Source: Azolla caroliniana (lineage: Eukaryota; Plantae; Polypodiophyta). Taken from it: 64,000 nt of DNA. Every line of letters begins with the position of its first letter. Position 1 is the first letter of the stretch. The position numbers and the translations under genes were made by a program. Positions 11,974 through 23,939 of this stretch are shown one piece after another. The notes under the pieces are model-generated. The model worked only from the letters and a program-made list of their open reading frames with translations, had not been told where the DNA came from and searched no databases. Where the stretch lies: the NCBI GenBank assembly GCA_043228905.1, contig JBHGNT010000007.1, forward strand, positions 22,382,001 to 22,446,000, read 5' to 3'.

Positions 11974-14900
11974 CTATTTCTTCGTTACGCCCATCTGGTG
12001 CCAAAGGGATCGGAATCGATCCGCCGAAAGACACTTGGTCATCCCTTCTGCGACATTATCGGTTGTAGATATCTTCTAGAGGCCGATTTTTCCTGAAATG
12101 ATGCAATTTTGAACAAAGTGATATCGAACTTCGATGTGCTTCGAGGCATTGTGATGAACCGGATTTTTCGACAAAGCGACAACGCCCTGACTGTCACTAT
12201 AGACAATTGGAGCCAAGTCAGATTCAACTTGTCGAAACGTGCAAGCCAACTGACCGAGCCATAGGGCCTCTTTCGCCGCATCGAACGCATCTACATATTT
12301 GGCCTCGGTCATTGATGTGGTAGTGCACTCCTGAAGTTTCGATTTCCATGAGATTGCTCCATTGCCGAACTTAAAGCAATATCTGATTGTCGATTTTTGA
12401 CTGTCCACACAACCGACAAAGTCTGAGTCGGTGTAACCGACTATGCCTGAGGTGTCGTTCGGACCGAATAGAATGCCAAGGTCTTTTGTGCCCCCCAGAT
12501 ATCTGAACACATGCTTTACTGCGTTCCAGGAATCTGCTGACGACTCCTACATCGTGAGCAATGTCAGACCGTGTTGCGACCATCGTGTACATCAGGGACC
12601 TGATTGTCAGTCCATACGGTACCAACTTCATAGTTTCCCCCTCCGAACCGGATATCGGGCAGTCTCGGTGAGACAGTCGAAGGCTAATGGGGAGCGGGGG
12701 TCGAAATAGATTTCGCCGATTGCATGTTGAAGCGTTCGAGGACATGTTTAATATAGTCGGATTGGGATAGAAACAATTGTCTTCGATTTTGATTCCGACT
12801 AATCTTCATGCCGAGAATGTGTCTTGCCGGACCGGGGTCCTCCATGGCAAACTTCAACCACAGTTGTCGAACGAGTTCGGCAACCTCTCTGGCTTGTCGA
12901 CCGGAGATTAGCATGTCGTCCAAGTAGATGATGAAGAAGATGGGTGACCCATCTCGAGTGGTTTTCGCTCTTTGAGAAGCTGACCGACTGAATGAAGTCA
13001 TCGAACTTCTTATACCACTATCGCGGTGTCTGTTTCAAGCCGTAAAGACTCTTCCCGAGTTGGCAGACTAGGTGTTCTTGACTAGGTGCCACAAAGCCTT
13101 TCAGCTGCTCCATATAAATTTCCTCTTCTAGATCACCATGGAGGAATGTCGTTTTGACATCTAGTTGAATCAGCTCCAAGTCCTCGGCTGCCACAACACC
13201 GAGCATGAGTCGAAGGGTTGTCATTTTCACCACTTGTGAAAATATTTCGTCGAAATCGACACCATATTCTTTGTTGAAAACCCTTAGCTACTAGTCTGGC
13301 CTTGAATTTTGGGGTGGCCAAATCAGACATCTCTTTAACTGGATAGACCCACTTGCACGGAAGAGCACATCGATTCTTCGGTAATTCGACCAGGTCCCAA
13401 GTTTTGTTTGCGCGAATGGAGTTCATTTCCGACTCCATGGCCAGATGCCAGGTGGTCGAATTGGCAAATGTCGATGCTTCTTGGTATGATGTCGGTTCTC
13501 CGGCGTCCGTAAAGAAGATATCAGGAGAGTATCTCTCTGGTGCGACAGTCTCTTGAATCTTCGAGGTATGACTGGACTAGTAGCATTCGTAGTCAGATGG
13601 TCCGAAACCGAAACATTCGGTTGTCCCGAGTCGGTACTAGAGGTTTCGGCTACCCGGGAAGCCGACCTTGTGTTGTGTGTTGGGTCTTCGTGATGGGTTG
13701 GCACATCTGAAAAAATTACCCTTCAGACTTCGATCGGCTTTTCAGCCGATTGGTGCATGGATGACTCATTGAACACTACGTCCAAACTTCAGACGGTTTG
13801 TCTGTGCTCAGGGTCCCAGAGTCGGTAGCCAATTTTGCCATCTAGTCCATAACCAAGGAAAATACATTTCCTGGACCTTGGTGCAAGTTTGTGGCGATCA
13901 TCTTTCCGGATGAGGGCGTATGACTCGCACCCAAAAATCCTTAGCTTATCGTAATTCGGCTTACTGCAGGTCCATAATTCCTGAGGTATCTGATGTCCTA
14001 GAGGCCTACTCGGCGACATATTGATTATGTGTACTGCCATAAGCAATGCCTCTACCAAGAAGCCATCCGATAGTCCGGAGTGTTGGAGCATGGAAACTAT
14101 CCTTTCTTGAATTGTTTGATTCATCTGCTCGACAATTAAGTTCTGCTCCGGACTGTATGGTGTTGTAAATTCACGTCTTATGCCGTGTTGTCGGCAAAGT
14201 TTGACGAATTCCTCTTATTTGAACTCTCCCTCATTATCGGTCCGAAAGCATTTCAGTTTTCGGCCGGACTGATTCTCAACCATGGTGAGCCAATCGGAAA
14301 AAATCGCGAACACTCGATCTTTAGTTTTATTTGGGTAAGCCCACACCTTTCGAGTCGAGTCATCAATAAAGCTGACGAAATACAAGGCACCGCCGAGAGA
14401 TTGGTGTGGCATAGGACCACAAACGTCCGAGTGGACCAAATTGAGGGGACTCAATTCTCTCGGTGCTAATATCGGATGTGATGCAGCTATTTGTTTGTTG
14501 TATTGGCAATGCTCGCAAAATTGATGATCCGAGAAGGAGAGTTTGGAGATGTATCCGGCTTTGGATAAATGTGTGATGCCGGCCTTGTTGAGGTGTTCGA
14601 GTCTTCCATGCCAAAGTGATGACACAGGAATGTTGACCAAGAACAAGTCACCCTCTCTGAGTGTGACATATAGCGGGTACAACGAGTGTACTTTCGGTCC
14701 TCGAGCAAGCAGGAGGTTCCCTTTGTGGAGTGTCCACCCTCCTTATGAGAAGCCGGCACGGATGCTGTCTTCATCCAATTGTCCGACTGAGATCAACAGT
14801 CTTGAGAGCTTAGCTACATGTCAGACATTATGTAGTACTAGTGTAGAGCCGCCCGAAAGGTTGAGCTCTACTGCGTCGATTCCAATAATTACGCAGTGTT

Positions 14901-16508
14901 GCGAGTTTCCGACTCGAACTGAGTCGGAATGTTGGGCTGAATATTGCCAAAATTGTGATTGATGAGGAGTCACATGATATGAAACGCCTGAATCCAAGAG
15001 CCATGTGCTCGATTCCTCGATCGTAAGCAGAATTTCTGATTCAATTGGGTTTTCAATGGATAGAATGTTCAAGTTGTTCGACAATACTTCGGCTGAAGAG
15101 CCGACGTAGTTGATCTCCTCATGCGAATCACTCTTCTGAACCGCTCGTTGAGCCCTATCGTTTCTAGTCTTGAGTGCACGAAAATTGGCTTTGATGTGTT
15201 CGGGTTTCTTGCAATAGTTGCAGACTCGATTATCCCGGGACTTGCTCTGACTTCGTTGGTTGTTCGACTGCCGTCAAGAACCTCTTCCTTGGTTGTTCGA
15301 TCGGTCGGTCGGACCTTGTACTACATACACATTATTGGCTAAATCGTTTGCAAACGATTTCCTCTGAGTTGCTTTAGTTAGAATTGCGCTCGTGATTGAG
15401 GAGTATTTCATAGTCGTAGTCATAGATTGACATATTCTCATTCGTCGGGTTTCCCATTCGAATGCAAATGAATACGAATATGAATGGGTGGTCAAGTATT
15501 CGTTAAACTCAAAAAACAAAAAAAAAACTCTCTATTTTTTAATTTCCTAGAATAAAAAAAAGGAACTTGACAATAAACAGGGATAATAAAAGAGGGACTT
15601 GGGGATTTAACACTACTAAATTTTTATAATAAATGTATAACTTATAAGCTATAAGTATTTGTTTTATTTTTAATAAATAAATAAAATAAAATAAAGGCTC
15701 ATTAATTTCTCACTTTTTATTCCCTCAAAATTTATGGATATTTTTATTTTGACATTAAAAATAGTACATCAAACTAATCATATATTCAAAGTTCATATTA
15801 TATTTTTATAATAAATATAAAAATATTCGTTTTTTAAAAATTAATTAATTGATTGATTAATTAAAATAAGTTTCATAAACTCTCTTAACACTATAATCTA
15901 TTAATGAATATATATTTTTTTGGTAAAATAAATTTATTTAAATAAATAAATAAATCTTTTATATTTATTTTGTAAAATGAATGGTTTTTTAATATTCTTG
16001 GGGCCATTTCATATTCTCGAATATTGAGAATATTGCGCATGGAGAATATCATGAATATCACGCATGTGTCAATCTATGGTTGTAGTTGATGCATTGCTCT
16101 TAGTTCATCCTCAATAGTCATCCCTTGAGTCGAAATTTGGGAGCTTAGACTTTTGTACTCATTGAGGTGTGCCTAAACCGAATCATATTCTTTCATCCGA
16201 AGGTTATAGAGGCTTTGTATCAAATATATCTTCGTGGTAGCGACCTTCTTTTCATAAGTGTCTGAAAGTGTCTTCCATAGTTGGAAGGCAGTCAAACACA
16301 ATTGCACCGTAAAGTACACGGACTCCGATAGGTGCATCCGAATAGTGGCTCGGACAATTCTATTGAGCTTCTCCCATTCAAGGGGCTTGTATCCTTCTTG
16401 AGCCTTTTCATTTTTGATGGGGTCGATTTGCCCCTTGACTATTAAATAGTCTTGCATCTGCTCCTTCCAGAAGTTGAAGTTCGATCCGTCAAACTTCCTT
16501 AGACTCAT
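11974..16508 (-). pseudogene. Disrupted gag-pol of copia-A
   Basis: Fragments FDGSNFNFWKEQM (gag), WLLDSGVSYH (PR), LWHGRLEH and VHSDVCGP (INT), QLDVKTTFLHG and YLDDMLI (RT), GYTDSDF and KHIEVRYHF (RH), spread over frames with stops. Confidence 0.92.
15421..16078. mobile_element. Non-autonomous hAT-type MITE (658 bp) inserted in copia-A gag
   Basis: Perfect 12-bp TIR CATAGATTGACA...TGTCAATCTATG. 8-bp TSD GTCGTAGT (15413-15420) / GTTGTAGT (16079-16086). AT-rich interior with GAATA(T) subterminal motifs. Confidence 0.9.
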
Positions 16509-17725
16509 CTCTTACGAGCCGGATGTTGATGTCATCTGTGTTGATTTTTTGGGGGGGGGGGGGGGCTTTGTTCGGGGTTGGCTACGAACAATGGTTGGGT
16601 GCAACAGATTGGCTCGCCTTAATTCGTTTTAGCCGAGTTTGAACACAAGTCGAATCTGATTTGAAATTCAGGAGACTCGATCTGAAGTGACTACGACTGA
16701 CTAACCTAGTCAAGCTAGACTTGAGTATGTTGATTTTCAAGATTTCCAAACACAGAGTATGTGCCGATTATCCAAGCCTATCCTACTTCAGGTGACTACG
16801 ACAATGAGAGGAACAGATTCAACTAATCTTTCCGAATGTTGTCTAGTCGAATGAAGCACGGAAGGGGGTTGTTCCTAGAGCCCAGACAACTATGAGTGAT
16901 TACGACAAGCGAGTGAATAGCGTCAGGGTGACCGATTCGATTGTTGTCTAATCCAATGTAGTACGAAGGAGGCAGAGATGTTGTGAAGTGAAATCTCACT
17001 CCGAGCGGCTACAATCACAAGAGTGAATGTAGCTGATTGGCTAACTTCAATGGTGATTTAGAATAGTGGAGTGCAAATTTTGTTGGTTTCTCTCTTCGCG
17101 AAAACGATCTTGTAGAGAGTTTCCAACCAAGATCTTCACGATGTACAGAAGAAGAGTTGCTGATGGAAACTAGATAGACAGCAACAACAGAATCGAAAGA
17201 ACCTCGAGCTCTGATACCAGATGTTGGAGACACGGTCGTCTAGTGCGGAACAAAATTAACACTCTTCTGTGTGGGGATCGTTAATCGATGCAATGAATAA
17301 TATTGATTGCAATGAGAGAACAGAAAACAGTATGCAAGTAGGATACATGAGAGAGAGAGACGTTGGGCAGAAGATGAATTAAATTATTCAACTGTCACGG
17401 ACAAGTATAATAGAGTAGAACAAAGATAAGGCTAGAGAACAAGAGAGAGTAAAAGAACAAGAACTCAACGTATAGAACCCGTAACTTGTGTTGTTCACCT
17501 TGATTAGAATCAAGGTGCACATGAGTATTTATACAAGAAGGTAGGGCTATGTAAGCCACATAGAAATAGAGTATGCACGAGGATGCATGCAATAGAGTAC
17601 GCATGAGGATGCATGCAATAGAGAATGCATGAGGATGCATGCAAGTTAGAAAATGAGAATACATGCAAGCTAGGAACTTCCAATGTTCAATCTATACTAT
17701 ATGAAGTTGAATTAAATACAAGGAT

Positions 17726-17795
17726 GCATATGTAGCTCAAGTGGTAGGGTTGCCCAATAGAGACCATGAGGTCTTGGGTTCAATCCCCACCTTCT
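17726..17795 (+). other. tRNA-derived (SINE-head-like) sequence with Pol III A and B boxes; not a functional tRNA
   Basis: TAGCTCAAGTGG (A box, 17733-17744) and GGTTCAATCC (B box, 17777-17786) at tRNA-like spacing. The acceptor stem does not pair. Confidence 0.6.
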
Positions 17796-17917
17796 AAGGT
17801 GTGGGCATGCTTATCGGCCGACAGATTGATGGATATCTCCACAATGGAAATGTTGAACCGAGGGTGGAAACCGTAATTTGCAAAGAATGGAGAAACCTTA
17901 GTTGAGGCATGAATACT

Positions 17918-18303
17918 TGTTGAAGCGGCAAGCTCAATTGGAGCTGGATCGGCTGAATAAGCCTGAGCCGGCAAACGAGACGGAACAGTAAGCCGGTGAG
18001 ATGGGGAGCCAGTTAGTCGGGTCCAATCGGTAACCGGAAGCCTAGTATTAGTTTAGACTACTAGGCAATTATAGTCTCGTAGTAAGTGTCAGAAGCTCGT
18101 GTGAGCATTGAAGTACGCGGTACTTCTGTCAATCCCATGAGGACTTGTATAAATAGTTCTATTGAGCACAATTGTAAAGGACAGAGTGTTTTATATATTT
18201 TTGAATATAGCTTTGAGGTTCTGCTCTCTCTGTCTCTCCTGCCTACTCTTTGTATTCCCTACTTTCTCTGTTTTTCTAACGCTTCTGCAAGTAATCGTTT
18301 ACA
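17918..18303 (+). mobile_element. Solo LTR (copia family C) inside the gypsy integrase
   Basis: TG...CA ends and 5-bp TSD ATACT (17913-17917 / 18304-18308). Homologous to the LTR at 20770-21245. Removing it restores AYNNSIHAST. Confidence 0.92.
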
Positions 18304-19030
18304 ATACTGTTATTGTAGGCAAATTCCGCCATGGCAAGGAGGTCCACCCAATTGTCTTGTTGGTAGCTAACTGTATACACCGGAGGTATTGTTCGAGGAT
18401 TTGGTTGACTCTTTCGGTTTGGCATCCATTTGAGGGTGGTGCGCGGTTGCAAGTTCACAGAAGTCCCGAATGTCTGTAGAAGTCGGCGCCAAAAGTGGGA
18501 GATAAATTGAGGACCTCGATCAGAAGTGACATCCTCATCCAAACCGTGTAAGCGGACGACATTTTCAGAAAAAGGGTAGTTGTCTCCTCCCCCGAAATGG
18601 TTTCCGAACATGGGACAAAGTGAGCCATCTTCGAAAACCGATCGACGACCACTAGCACCGTGTCATGGTCACCGACTCGAGGAAGGTTGGTGATAAAGTC
18701 CATGGAGAGAGAAGCCCAAGGTCGACTAGGGATTGGAAGTGGGTGTAGAAGGCCGTATGGACGATGGTGAGCCCCTTTGGAGCGAGCACACACGTCACAA
18801 GTTTTGATAAATTCTTTGACCAATTTCCAAGGTTGAGGCCACCAAAACCCCTGAGAAAACAATGCTAGCATTTTGGTGACCCCAAAGTGTCCCACAAGAG
18901 GATCATCATGGCAAGTTTGTGGAACTCGGAGGCGACATGGGCCAATTGGTACGTAAAGGAGGTGATTACAATAGAGCAGCCCATCCTGAATTGTAAAGTG
19001 ACTACACAATGTCTATCTTTGTCATCGATA

Positions 19031-20549
19031 ATCATCATTACCATTAACCCTAACCCTAAAACCTCCAACACCTTTTGGCGACCACTAAGGCGACCCCCCT
19101 TTGGAGATGAAGTCGAAGACTACTATGCGGCAAAGACATGGCAACGACGAAATGTGCAAGAAATCAAATGGACGATGTGCGGGAAATGGTGATGTTGATT
19201 GGAAGTCGTCGAGGTCGAGGAATGCAACACGATGATGTTGTCCGAGAGGACGTCGCAAAAGGATACGCAACAAATGTATGTTCAAGCGTGCGGTTAATGA
19301 CAATGTGCATGTGCAAGAAAGCGTGGTACGAGAGACATCCAAAAAGACAACGACGACAACAACGATCGGAGATGGAGCCGGAACGACGGACGGGCGGGCC
19401 AAATAGTGGCCGAGGAGTGGCTGAAGCAGTTGGAATAGCCGAACAGTGGCCAGACGGGCTGGACAGAGAACCGCCAAACGACGACCGGAATGGGCCAAAT
19501 AGTTGAAACGGTGACGGAGCCGGGACAACGATAGGATGACAGTGGCCACTTAGCAACAACTCGAGTGGTGGTTGACCAATAGTGTCCCAATCGGTCCGAG
19601 ACAGCGACAACCGCCAGATGGAGCAACGGTCGTACAGTGGCAGCGGCAGAGCGACAGCCGCCGGATAGGGGCTGCATCGATTTCCGGAATGTGCAAAGAC
19701 ACATATCAGTCATAGTGGCCGAACTGTGAGAAAATGGAGGCGGCCGAACCGGACGGGCTAGACAAACGATCAGAGGACCGGAAAGATAGGGTCGAACTTA
19801 GACAACTACCGGTGGCAAAAATCAGCGACCGGACAGACATTCGGAATGGCCCGAGAAGCAGCTAGACAGCAATCGGAACGACGACACCATGCCGAAAAGT
19901 GATAGGAATTGTCGGACAGTCGACGGCCGAAACGGCGTTGACACTGAAACGATGGGCCGGACAACGGAACAGTGGCTGGAGGGCCAGAAAGACAATAACG
20001 ACCGGATCAGACAGACGGACAGGACGGAGTCGGAGACACAGACAGACAATGCTAGACGAGGATGAACTGACGGACGACAGTGACGGACAGAGACAACGAC
20101 GGCCAGAGACAGAGATAGAGATGCAGACGCATACGCAAATGGGACGCCCTTAACGTTGAACCCCCTTGGGAGGGGGGTGGAGCCATTCTAGGCACCACCC
20201 CCCTCCCAAGGGGGTTCAACATTAAGGGGAGAGAAGAGAGAGAGGGAGAGAGAGATGACAAGAGTGAGATTGAGAGAGAAATGGTTATTCATATTTCATT
20301 CATTCCCCATAAGGGGTTAAATAGTACAAGTGGGGGTAGATACATAGGGGTGTAAGCCCCATTGAGCATTCATACTGGACACTCACTCATACCTCCTCGT
20401 ATCCATCCACATGCACACACGTGTGCATGTGTTCACATACGTATAGACTCACAACTACATTTATACCCCCTACACATACACAACATCATGATAACATTCG
20501 ACCCTCGCTCATCACACTTGACTCTCTGTACATCTCGTACGGGGTAACA
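19031..20549. mobile_element. Unclassified GC-rich retroelement-derived segment without a credible ORF
   Basis: CCAACA-CCTTT-TGGCGACCAC (LTR end plus tRNA-Arg-type PBS) at 19065-19085; GAC/CGG-rich interior; hairpin at 20147-20228; ends GGGGTAACA at 20549. Confidence 0.45.
20147..20228. repeat. Inverted repeat with 38-bp arms (36/38 matching) and a 6-nt loop
   Basis: CCCTTAACGTTGAACCCCCTTGGGAGGGGGGTGGAGCC-attcta-GGCACCACCCCCCTCCCAAGGGGGTTCAACATTAAGGG. Confidence 0.95.
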
Positions 20550-21155
20550 GGGTCGACAAGCGTTGAAGTCACAGCAGTGAAGGAGCTTAATTGGGCCTGT
20601 TGAGCAGACAAGCCGACCGAGGAGGTCGAGGTGCGCAGAATCAGAAGGGTCGCGGCAAACCGGACCGGACCGGATGAGGTGGAGTGACTCCAGACAGAGC
20701 CGGGTGGAAGGATCGACTGCCATGGAGACTGACACTACGATCCGACCTCAAATTGAGCTTGAGGGGGAGTGTTCAGCAGCAAGCTCAACCGGATCCGGAT
20801 CAGCTGAATAAGCCTGAGCCGGATCGGCATCCAGAAGGATGCGCCGGATCGATGAGCCAATGAGCAAGCGAGCCGGTGAGCAGGTGAGCCGATGAGCTGG
20901 GGAGCCGGTTAGTCGGATCCAGCAGTAACCCAAAGCCTAGTAGCAACCTTGACTACTAGGTAGTTAATGTCTCGTAGTTAGTGTCAAACGCTCGTGTGAG
21001 CATTGAAGTACACCGTACTTCTGTCAGTCCTCTTAGGACTTGTATAAATAATGTTGTTGAGCACGTTGTATGTACAAGGAACTATTATTGTTTTGTAATA
21101 GATTTTTAACGTTCTGCTCATTCTCTATCTCTCCCGCATACACTCTATGTGTTAA

Positions 21156-21187
<32 letters not shown>

Positions 21188-21245
21188 TCTCTGTGTTGTT
21201 ATCCGTCCAAGCCGGTTGTCTAACGCTTCTGCAGCTTCGTTTACA
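20550..21245 (+). mobile_element. 3' end of a copia family C element: internal remnant, PPT and 3' LTR (20770-21245)
   Basis: PPT GAGGGGGAG (20761-20769) abuts TGTTCAGCAGCAAGCTCAA. The LTR ends CGTTTACA and matches the solo LTR at 17918-18303. Confidence 0.85.
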
Positions 21246-22725
21246 AAGCATCCTCCATCATTGAAGCGGACTTGCATGCTTTGTTCGACTATCTGACCAA
21301 CTGAAACCAAGTTCTTTGTTATTGTAGGAAATGCAAAACATTCTTGATGTAGGTTTGGTTGCCTTCTTCCCCAAATGGGACATTGCCGACATGTTGAATG
21401 GGGTGAATTGTGACATCCCCAGTTTCCACATAGCCGGGTCTTTCGGGCTTTTGTAGCTCCTTGAACCAATCCTCGTGGGATGTCATGTGGTTGGATGCAC
21501 CCGAGTCAACAAACCTTACATCTTCTGGTTTGGAGGTGTTAGTCGGGTTGGAGGTTGTCATGGAGTTTGCTCTGTGCCTCATCACAAACATTCCGCCACG
21601 ATTGTCGTAGTCAGAGTTGGAGGTGTAGTTTGTGAGTTGTCGGTTTGTGGAGGCCGACTCACTCTTCTTGTTCTGACACTCTGCCTCATAGTGGCCGAAT
21701 TTACCGCAATATCTGCACTGAGCAGGATTGTTTTGTCGGCTAGGTCCGGCTTGATTGCTTTCCCTTCTTCTGGATGCTCCACCTCGCGCGTTTGAAACAT
21801 CTTGTCAGTAATAGAAGTTATGTTCTTGGGGTTGCTCTTGATTGTGTCGGCCTTGGTCGAATTGGCCTCTTCTTCCACGACCTTGTCCTCTTCCTCCATC
21901 GAAGTTCGAATAGAGCATTTGTCCTTCTTGCACATTGCTACTTGATCGAACATGATTCTCCTCAACTAGCAACATCAACTAGAGATCGAAGGAGGGAGGA
22001 TTCTCCCTCGCGAGGACAGCCGACCGAATGGCTCCGAACTGAGGTACTAAACCTCCGAAGCAAATCTGCACCATTTCATCGTCATCAATGCTAACATTGA
22101 TCAACCCGAGGGCATTGCACAACTCCTTGATCTTCAAGGTGTAGTTGTTGATTGTCATGTCCCTCTGTTGTATACCATTCAACTCTTGACGGAGTTGAAG
22201 CTTTCTTGCGGTCGTGTTGGCCGCAAAAATCTTCTTGAGATTCCCCCACGCTTCCTTCGGCATTTTGGCCTCTCGAATGTAGCCGAGCATGTGATCATGA
22301 ACGCATGATGCAAGGCAGTACAACACACAACTCGTTGCTTGCTCCCAAGTTGGGTAGTCGGCATGTGTTGGGTTGGGTTGATTTTCGTTTGCTCCTTCGA
22401 CATAGTTCCAATAGCCTTGGCCGACAAGGTATTGGGGCATCTTGTACTCCCAAGACGCAAAGTTGCTTCTATCAAGCTTCTCGGTAGGAAGAGTGCTTCG
22501 CATCTGAGTATTCATTGTCGAACTTCTTCTTCTCCTCTTTGATACGAACTGTGCAGGTTGCAATGATCAGCCAGTTCTTTCCGAACGCGGGATTAAGCAC
22601 AACACACGCAGAGGTGATGGGCTTCAATCAAGCAACCATGCGCCTTGATACCATGTAACAAATCGGATGAATTCTATGCAGTGGAAGAACTTTGTGTGTG
22701 TGTGTTCACGTGCACGCACGCACGA

Positions 22726-22800
<75 letters not shown>

Positions 22801-23084
22801 TCAAGATTACATAAAAACAGAAAATTGTATTACAAGGAAGCAAGAATGACCAACTACTTACAAAGACAAGGAGAAGGTGCTTATGTGGTCACCTTCTCTC
22901 TAAGTTCTCTCACTAGTACCGCCTCTTGAGAAAGAGGTCGTGTCTTAACTACTTAAAGAATATGTGGCATAGGACATTAACTTCTATGACACACTAGTTA
23001 CTATGCAAGGAGATGGGATGTTCACACACATGAGTATACTACAGTGTGTTCCCACTCATGGGAAGTTGAGTTTGATTTTCAACA
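21246..23084 (-). mobile_element. 5' part of a Ty1/copia element (copia-E): LTR about 22654-23084, PBS, disrupted gag-protease
   Basis: PBS TGGTATCAAGG on - next to 22654. Gag KLDRSNFASWEYKM; CCHC knuckle CRYCGKFGHYEAEC; protease FVDSGASNHMT. Truncated at 21246 by the family C insertion. Confidence 0.85.
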
Positions 23085-23194
23085 CTACCCTCTCAAGCCA
23101 GTGGCCACATTGCTCTTTATTTCTCCCACACACATAGGATACTTGTTTTTCTTCCTTCCCACATATAAGATGAGATGCTCTTTATATAAGGTCT

Positions 23195-23646
23195 TGTTAG
23201 GAAACAGGTCCCTCCGGATGGGAAGTGAAAAGAACAGTGATGATATCGGCCTCATCCGAAACCGGATGTGGAGTACCCGGCTACGGAAGACCCGGTGAGA
23301 ACCGGATGTGGAGTACCTGGCAATGGAAGACCTGGTGAGAACCGGATGACGAGTACCTGGCAAGAGCCGGATGGTGAAGACCCGGTGAGAACCGGATGTG
23401 GAGTACCCGACAACGGAAGACCCGGTGAGAACCGGATGACGTGTGCCCGGCAAGCGCCGGATGATGCAGGCCCGGTGAGGAGTGCTCACCGGATGAAGGG
23501 ACATATTCGTAAATATGTTTCTGAGAGTCCATCGGGGCTATATTTGTAAATAGCCGAAAAGTCATATTAGTATAAATATGACTTAGGGCAAACTTAGTAT
23601 TGAAGTTGTCATTCTTGTTGGTGCAAGATTAGAGCGCGTAACTGTG

Positions 23647-23686
<40 letters not shown>

Positions 23687-23939
23687 GAGGTTGTTGCCTC
23701 TGTTGTAACAGTCGCCTGTGGCAAAGATAGCAAGCTCGAGGTCGTTGCCTCGGTGCTTTACTATTGTACATTCTGATATAGTGATAGTTTGCAGTATGTG
23801 GGCTGCCGTGGTTTTTCCCTAGTTTGGGTTTTCCACGTTAACATCCTGTGTACTCTTCTCTTCATTGTGTCGTGCGTTCATTACCCGTTTACTGTGTTTG
23901 ATTCTAGGCTCGGTTGTGGCCGAGCGTGTATTCCTGTCA
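23195..23939 (+). repeat. Copia-F 5' LTR (745 bp) with a CCGG-rich U3 tandem array at 23261-23480
   Basis: Direct repeat of 37860-38701. 40-bp (A) and 50-bp (B) units in the order A-A-B-A-B'. TATAAATA at about 23571. Confidence 0.96.

Larger units (their letters stand above)
11440..17392 (-). mobile_element. Degenerate Ty1/copia LTR retrotransposon (copia-A); 3' LTR 11440-11754, 5' LTR interrupted (17222-17392 remains)
   Basis: Both LTRs begin TGTTGGAGACACGGTCGTCTAGTG on +. PPT complement CTCCCCT follows 11754. PBS TGGTATCAGAGC (tRNA-iMet) at 17208-17219 on -. Domain order is gag-PR-INT-RT-RH. Confidence 0.93.
17393..19030 (-). mobile_element. Ty3/gypsy fragment (LTR remnant plus integrase) inserted into the copia-A 5' LTR
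   Basis: Copia-A LTR homology stops at 17392 and TGTCACGG begins. Integrase motifs on -: CHDDPLVGHFG, CDVCAR, LSMDFITNLP, VVVDRFSKMAHF, SDRGPQF, AEFAYNNS|IHASTKVSPFFANYGFHP. Confidence 0.85.

Noticed and set aside
17726-17795. Functional tRNA gene
   Set aside because: The acceptor and anticodon stems do not pair. Kept only as a tRNA-derived fragment.
19045-19060. AACCCTAACCCTAAA as an interstitial telomere
   Set aside because: Only about two units, which is common in plant LTRs and promoters.
23261-23480. Regularly spaced repeats that resemble a CRISPR array (also 37926-38195)
   Set aside because: The intervening sequences are themselves repeats, there are no unique spacers or cas genes, and the arrays lie inside eukaryotic LTRs.
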